Shown here piece by piece: positions 52,902 through 56,468 of a stretch of DNA of 56,468 bases. Location of the stretch: positions 1 through 56,468 of IMG/VR virus record IMGVR_UViG_3300008120_000119; one strand, 5' to 3'. The stretch is from a virus (Duplodnaviria; Caudoviricetes). Both the position numbers and the translations under genes were made by a program. Every line of letters begins with the position of its first letter. Positions within the stretch are counted from its first letter, which is position 1. The notes beneath the pieces were generated by a model. The model searched no databases. It saw only the letters and a program-made list of their open reading frames with translations, and had not been told where the DNA came from.

Positions 52902-55900
52902 ATGGGTTGGAACCCGAAACGAGATCTACAAAAAGCCTGGAGAGGCGTAGAAAAGACAGTCTCCAAGGCTGTACCCAAAGAGATCAAAGAAAACCCAGCC
53001 ATTCTTTTGGTGGCTGCGGCAGTTTTTGCTCCCCACCTGATCCCACAAATTGGTCAATACACAGCATCTGCTGTTGGTCTTGGTGCTGTAAGCCCTGCTG
53101 TTGCTGCCGGTATTGGAGCTGGGGTCGTATCAGGAACGATGACCGCCATTCAAGGTGGTGACGTTGGTGATGTTCTTAGAAGCGCGGTTATTAGCGGCGT
53201 CGCTGCTGGTGCTGGAACTGCCGCTGGCAGTTATGTCGGCACTGAAGTTGGATTTGCTGTTGATGCCTCTATGCCTGGGTTCGGAGTCACGGCAGGTAAT
53301 ATAGCCGAACGAGTAGTAAGCGGCGCTGTACGCAGTTCTCTTCAGACTGGCCTGCAAACCGGAGATTGGGCTCAGGGGTTGAAGACTGGCGCAATCATGG
53401 GTGCTGCCGCGTCTTTGCCGGACATTTTTAATCAATCTGCCGCGTTTCGAGATCTTCCAAACTTTGCCAAAAACATAGTCGCGCAATCGACGATTGCATC
53501 TGTAACAGGCGGAGACCCTGCGGAAGCAGCAATCACAGCGACAATGCAGGGTGCGCTGAAACAAGGCGCAGAGGTTTTCTCTCGCATGTTCAAGGCAGAC
53601 CCGAACGGCGATATTGCAAAGTTTGCCAAAGAGAATCCAGAGGCTGCGTCATTAATGATGACGAGCATGGGCTCTGCCATAAGCGCAACGCTAACGGGCA
53701 AAGATGTCAGTGACGCGGTGATGGATAACGCGGTCAAATTTGCTACTGACAAGATGCGCCAGGGAATACGCACCGGCGTAATCCAGAACAGCATTCAAAA
53801 AGCTCAGCAGAACTACGCCGAAGTAGAAGACCTGACCGCGGAAATAAGCTCAAGGAATGCAAAGCTTGAAGAGCGTGTGAAGGACTTTAATAAAAGCATT
53901 CCCTACTATGACAGGGTTTTTGACAGAGAGGCTAAGTCTGTTCAGCAAGCTTTAGATGTTGTTAAACAAGACTATCAAGCTTATAAGTCGGCCGAGCAGG
54001 CATACTTGAATGGTGGGTCTCCTTGGACATACGATGAATTTGGTAATTTAGTTAGTACCGGCGTTTCTCTTGAGCAGGTCAATGCTGCTGCAAATAAAGT
54101 AAATGAAAGCTATAAAGTTTTTCAAAACAGGCAGGACAATTTTGACGTTGTCAATAGAAGCATTTCTGAACAGGTAGCCAGTCTAGAACAAGAAAAAGCC
54201 GACATCGCTAAGCTGTACGACGGCGCTCAAGCAAAAATTGACAATGTCTCAATAAACTCTTTTCTCTTTACCAAGTATTCTGATGAGCTAAAAGACGACA
54301 TTCTTGCAAACGCTGAGGCGCTGACAGATCCCAACAAGTACGCGCTTTATCAAGAGAAGCAAAGCAAGCTTGGTCTTGCATACGATGAGTACCTTAAGAG
54401 CTTGCCGCCTGATAGCGTAAGCAACAAGGTCTATCCGAACACGGTCACGCCGAACTTTAAGATCGACAGTGACTACAACGTCATCGATCGCAAGAGCAAT
54501 CAGGTTATTGGTAGGCTGCCTGCTGATCAGCGAGCTATTGAAACCGCTCAGATAAGCAGAGACTCAAAAACCGGAAACATTCAAATTACATCCGGTGCGA
54601 AGGCTAGTAAAGACGATGACTATGCTTATGTAGACCCGGTTACTGGAAAGCCAAAAATAAGAGTGACTACGTCTGCTCCAAGCGATGCGGGCACACTCAT
54701 ATTGAAGCAATCGTCCTTGAATGGCGTTGATTTTGTTTTGGAACCAATTGTTGTGACTGCCACCAGAGAAGGTGCAGAAACGCTTAGCGCATTGCAAACT
54801 GAAGACCCAATGGCTTGGTACTACGCTGTTGCCAACATGCCAGAAAAGCAGCGCGACAGGTTTATACCTCCAGAGGTAAGCAGAACAGTATCAGATACCT
54901 GGAAAAATATTAAAGAAGGCGTTCCTCAATCTGTTAAAAACGCTATCGTTAATGTTGTCAGTGCTGCCAAGCCAGAAGCAACAACGCTAGAAGCGCTTTC
55001 CGCGATGGCGTATGTCGGCAAAAACTTTGCGGATGTTTTTGGCGCAAACAATGTTATCTCCCAGAATTTTGACAAGGCTAATGTTTACATTCAGGGCATG
55101 CTTAGTGCAGCAGCTAAAAATGACAAAGACGAAGCAAATCGCATCATGGACGCGGCGAAGAACGCTGGCGTGCTTGATCAGACCATTGCTGCTTTTGAGG
55201 CGTTAAGAGCTTATCCCGCTGCAATATTCCAGGGTGTCGGTAGCATCATGGGGTCAGCAATTTTATTGGCGCCAGCGTTAGCGTTGAGTACAACAGCTGC
55301 GCAAGCTCAAATTGCGACGTATGGCCTTGGTGGCATCCAGGGCGCGGGTATTGCCAAGGGCACTCTATACGACGAGACAAAAAAAGCTCTCACAGCGGCG
55401 AATGAAAAGTACAAACTAGGTTTAAGTTCCGGAGAAATTGAGCTGCGCGCTCAAGAGGCTCAGGCATATAACGGAAAAAATTTAGATCTGATCTTTGCAA
55501 ACATGGCTGCCGGTTCTTTGGCTGGCGGTAAGGGCGCGGAGCAGATCTTCACTAAACAGATTGCAGCAGACATTGCACAGGGAGTAGCTCAAAAATCAGC
55601 CGCTAATCAATTTGTAGCTGGTGGCCTTGATATGGCTCGGGCGGGGATTAATGAGGGCATCTGGGAATACGCGCAGGGTGCAACTGAGCGTGGTACGGCC
55701 AACATCAATCTACAGCGGCAAGGTTTTGACATTCCGACCATGCAAGGTGTGCATGGGGCTGGTACTTATGAGGCTTTGATAGGCGTTCCGAGTGCTATTG
55801 GCATAGGTGGAGTAGGTATAGGGTCATCGCCACCACCGCCACCTGGAAGCGGAGGCATTACAGGAATAGGGCCATTTCCGCCATCGGGATCTGGCAGCTC

Positions 55901-56468
55901 AACTCTTGATGGCGCACCGTCATCACGGCCACCAACGTTGGCTCCATACCTTTTGGCTCCTACAGAAAGAGCCACGCTCGACGTGCAGGCTAATCAGGTG
56001 GCCGCTCTTAATGATGCATATCGGCAGACGGTTGCACCGCTAGAAAACAAGTCATCTGACATCGTCAAGCAATATGAAGCAGCAGAACAGTCAGGAAACA
56101 CCGCCGCGCTTGGCGACCTTTCGATGGAGTGGGCCCGAGCACAAAGAGCGATTAATAGCGCTCAGGCTCAGGCAGAACAGCAGGTGCAGAACATTCTTGC
56201 GCCTGCCCCAGCTACTGCTCCGCAGGTAGACCCGTTTGCTGTGGAGTACGACAAGCTTTCATTTGATCAGCAATTCCGCGCAGAACAGGGACTTGCTAGC
56301 CTGGGCATTGCCGATCCGACTAAAGGAGAGGTGGCGCAGTTCGCATTAGAGGGCCCGACCGCCTTTATTGGTCAGCCCCGTCGCACTACTGCAACGGCTG
56401 CTCCGGCTCCGGCCCCAGCTCCGGCTCCCGCACCTGCACCAGCTCCTGCACCTGCGCCAACTCCCGCA
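52902..56468 (+). CDS. Large internal virion/ejection protein, N-terminal 1189 codons (open at window end; not in ORF track)
   Basis: ATG GGT TGG AAC CCG...; Gly/Ala-rich hydrophobic N-terminus, coiled coil, then (AP)n at the end in the same frame. I read both ends; the track's omission is consistent with no stop in this frame. Confidence 0.8.
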   Translation, partial: MGWNPKRDLQKAWRGVEKTVSKAVPKEIKENPAILLVAAAVFAPHLIPQIGQYTASAVGLGAVSPAVAAGIGAGVVSGTMTAIQGGDVGDVLRSAVISGVAAGAGTAAGSYVGTEVGFAVDASMPGFGVTAGNIAERVVSGAVRSSLQTGLQTGDWAQGLKTGAIMGAAASLPDIFNQSAAFRDLPNFAKNIVAQSTIASVTGGDPAEAAITATMQGALKQGAEVFSRMFKADPNGDIAKFAKENPEAASLMMTSMGSAISATLTGKDVSDAVMDNAVKFATDKMRQGIRTGVIQNSIQKAQQNYAEVEDLTAEISSRNAKLEERVKDFNKSIPYYDRVFDREAKSVQQALDVVKQDYQAYKSAEQAYLNGGSPWTYDEFGNLVSTGVSLEQVNAAANKVNESYKVFQNRQDNFDVVNRSISEQVASLEQEKADIAKLYDGAQAKIDNVSINSFLFTKYSDELKDDILANAEALTDPNKYALYQEKQSKLGLAYDEYLKSLPPDSVSNKVYPNTVTPNFKIDSDYNVIDRKSNQVIGRLPADQRAIETAQISRDSKTGNIQITSGAKASKDDDYAYVDPVTGKPKIRVTTSAPSDAGTLILKQSSLNGVDFVLEPIVVTATREGAETLSALQTEDPMAWYYAVANMPEKQRDRFIPPEVSRTVSDTWKNIKEGVPQSVKNAIVNVVSAAKPEATTLEALSAMAYVGKNFADVFGANNVISQNFDKANVYIQGMLSAAAKNDKDEANRIMDAAKNAGVLDQTIAAFEALRAYPAAIFQGVGSIMGSAILLAPALALSTTAAQAQIATYGLGGIQGAGIAKGTLYDETKKALTAANEKYKLGLSSGEIELRAQEAQAYNGKNLDLIFANMAAGSLAGGKGAEQIFTKQIAADIAQGVAQKSAANQFVAGGLDMARAGINEGIWEYAQGATERGTANINLQRQGFDIPTMQGVHGAGTYEALIGVPSAIGIGGVGIGSSPPPPPGSGGITGIGPFPPSGSGSSTLDGAPSSRPPTLAPYLLAPTERATLDVQANQVAALNDAYRQTVAPLENKSSDIVKQYEAAEQSGNTAALGDLSMEWARAQRAINSAQAQAEQQVQNILAPAPATAPQVDPFAVEYDKLSFDQQFRAEQGLASLGIADPTKGEVAQFALEGPTAFIGQPRRTTATAAPAPAPAPAPAPAPAPAPAPTPA
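56400..56468 (+). repeat. Ala-Pro codon repeat at the contig end
   Basis: GCN-CCN x10 then ACT CCC GCA; the window start is CCN x9. Confidence 0.9.

Overview
The window looks like a near-complete or complete, circularly permuted genome of a tailed dsDNA phage with a podovirus-like gene order. A freshwater betaproteobacterial host is my inference from the gene families. An ORF absent from the ORF track starts at 52902, runs off the right end in an Ala-Pro repeat and continues in frame into the poly-Pro ORF at base 1. Modules in order: ejection/internal virion proteins (1-4947); a leftward recombination block with exonuclease, SSB, DUF3310 and Rap1a-like genes (4965-8339); Cro-like, DUF1376 replication, RusA, tRNA-fMet and Ref genes (8454-13508); small early genes with two related promoters (13561-16118); TerS, MazG, TerL, a 2124-aa polyvalent protein, portal, GroES, scaffold and MCP (16306-31304); then head/tail genes, fibres, lysis and nozzle. 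No integrase, CI repressor, DNA polymerase or prohead protease was recognised. The most striking signal is a recurrent [F/Y/M/L/K]-x-x-G-G peptide tag. It separates enzyme-like modules in the 2124-aa protein, recurs throughout a 378-aa protein, joins two domains in a 134-aa protein and precedes a tape-measure-type GEFV domain, which suggests a tag-based polyprotein processing or cargo-loading system. Also visible: several structured non-coding elements, an initiator tRNA altered at positions 38/39, and a frameshifted fibre gene. All family assignments come from motif recognition by eye, not database searches.
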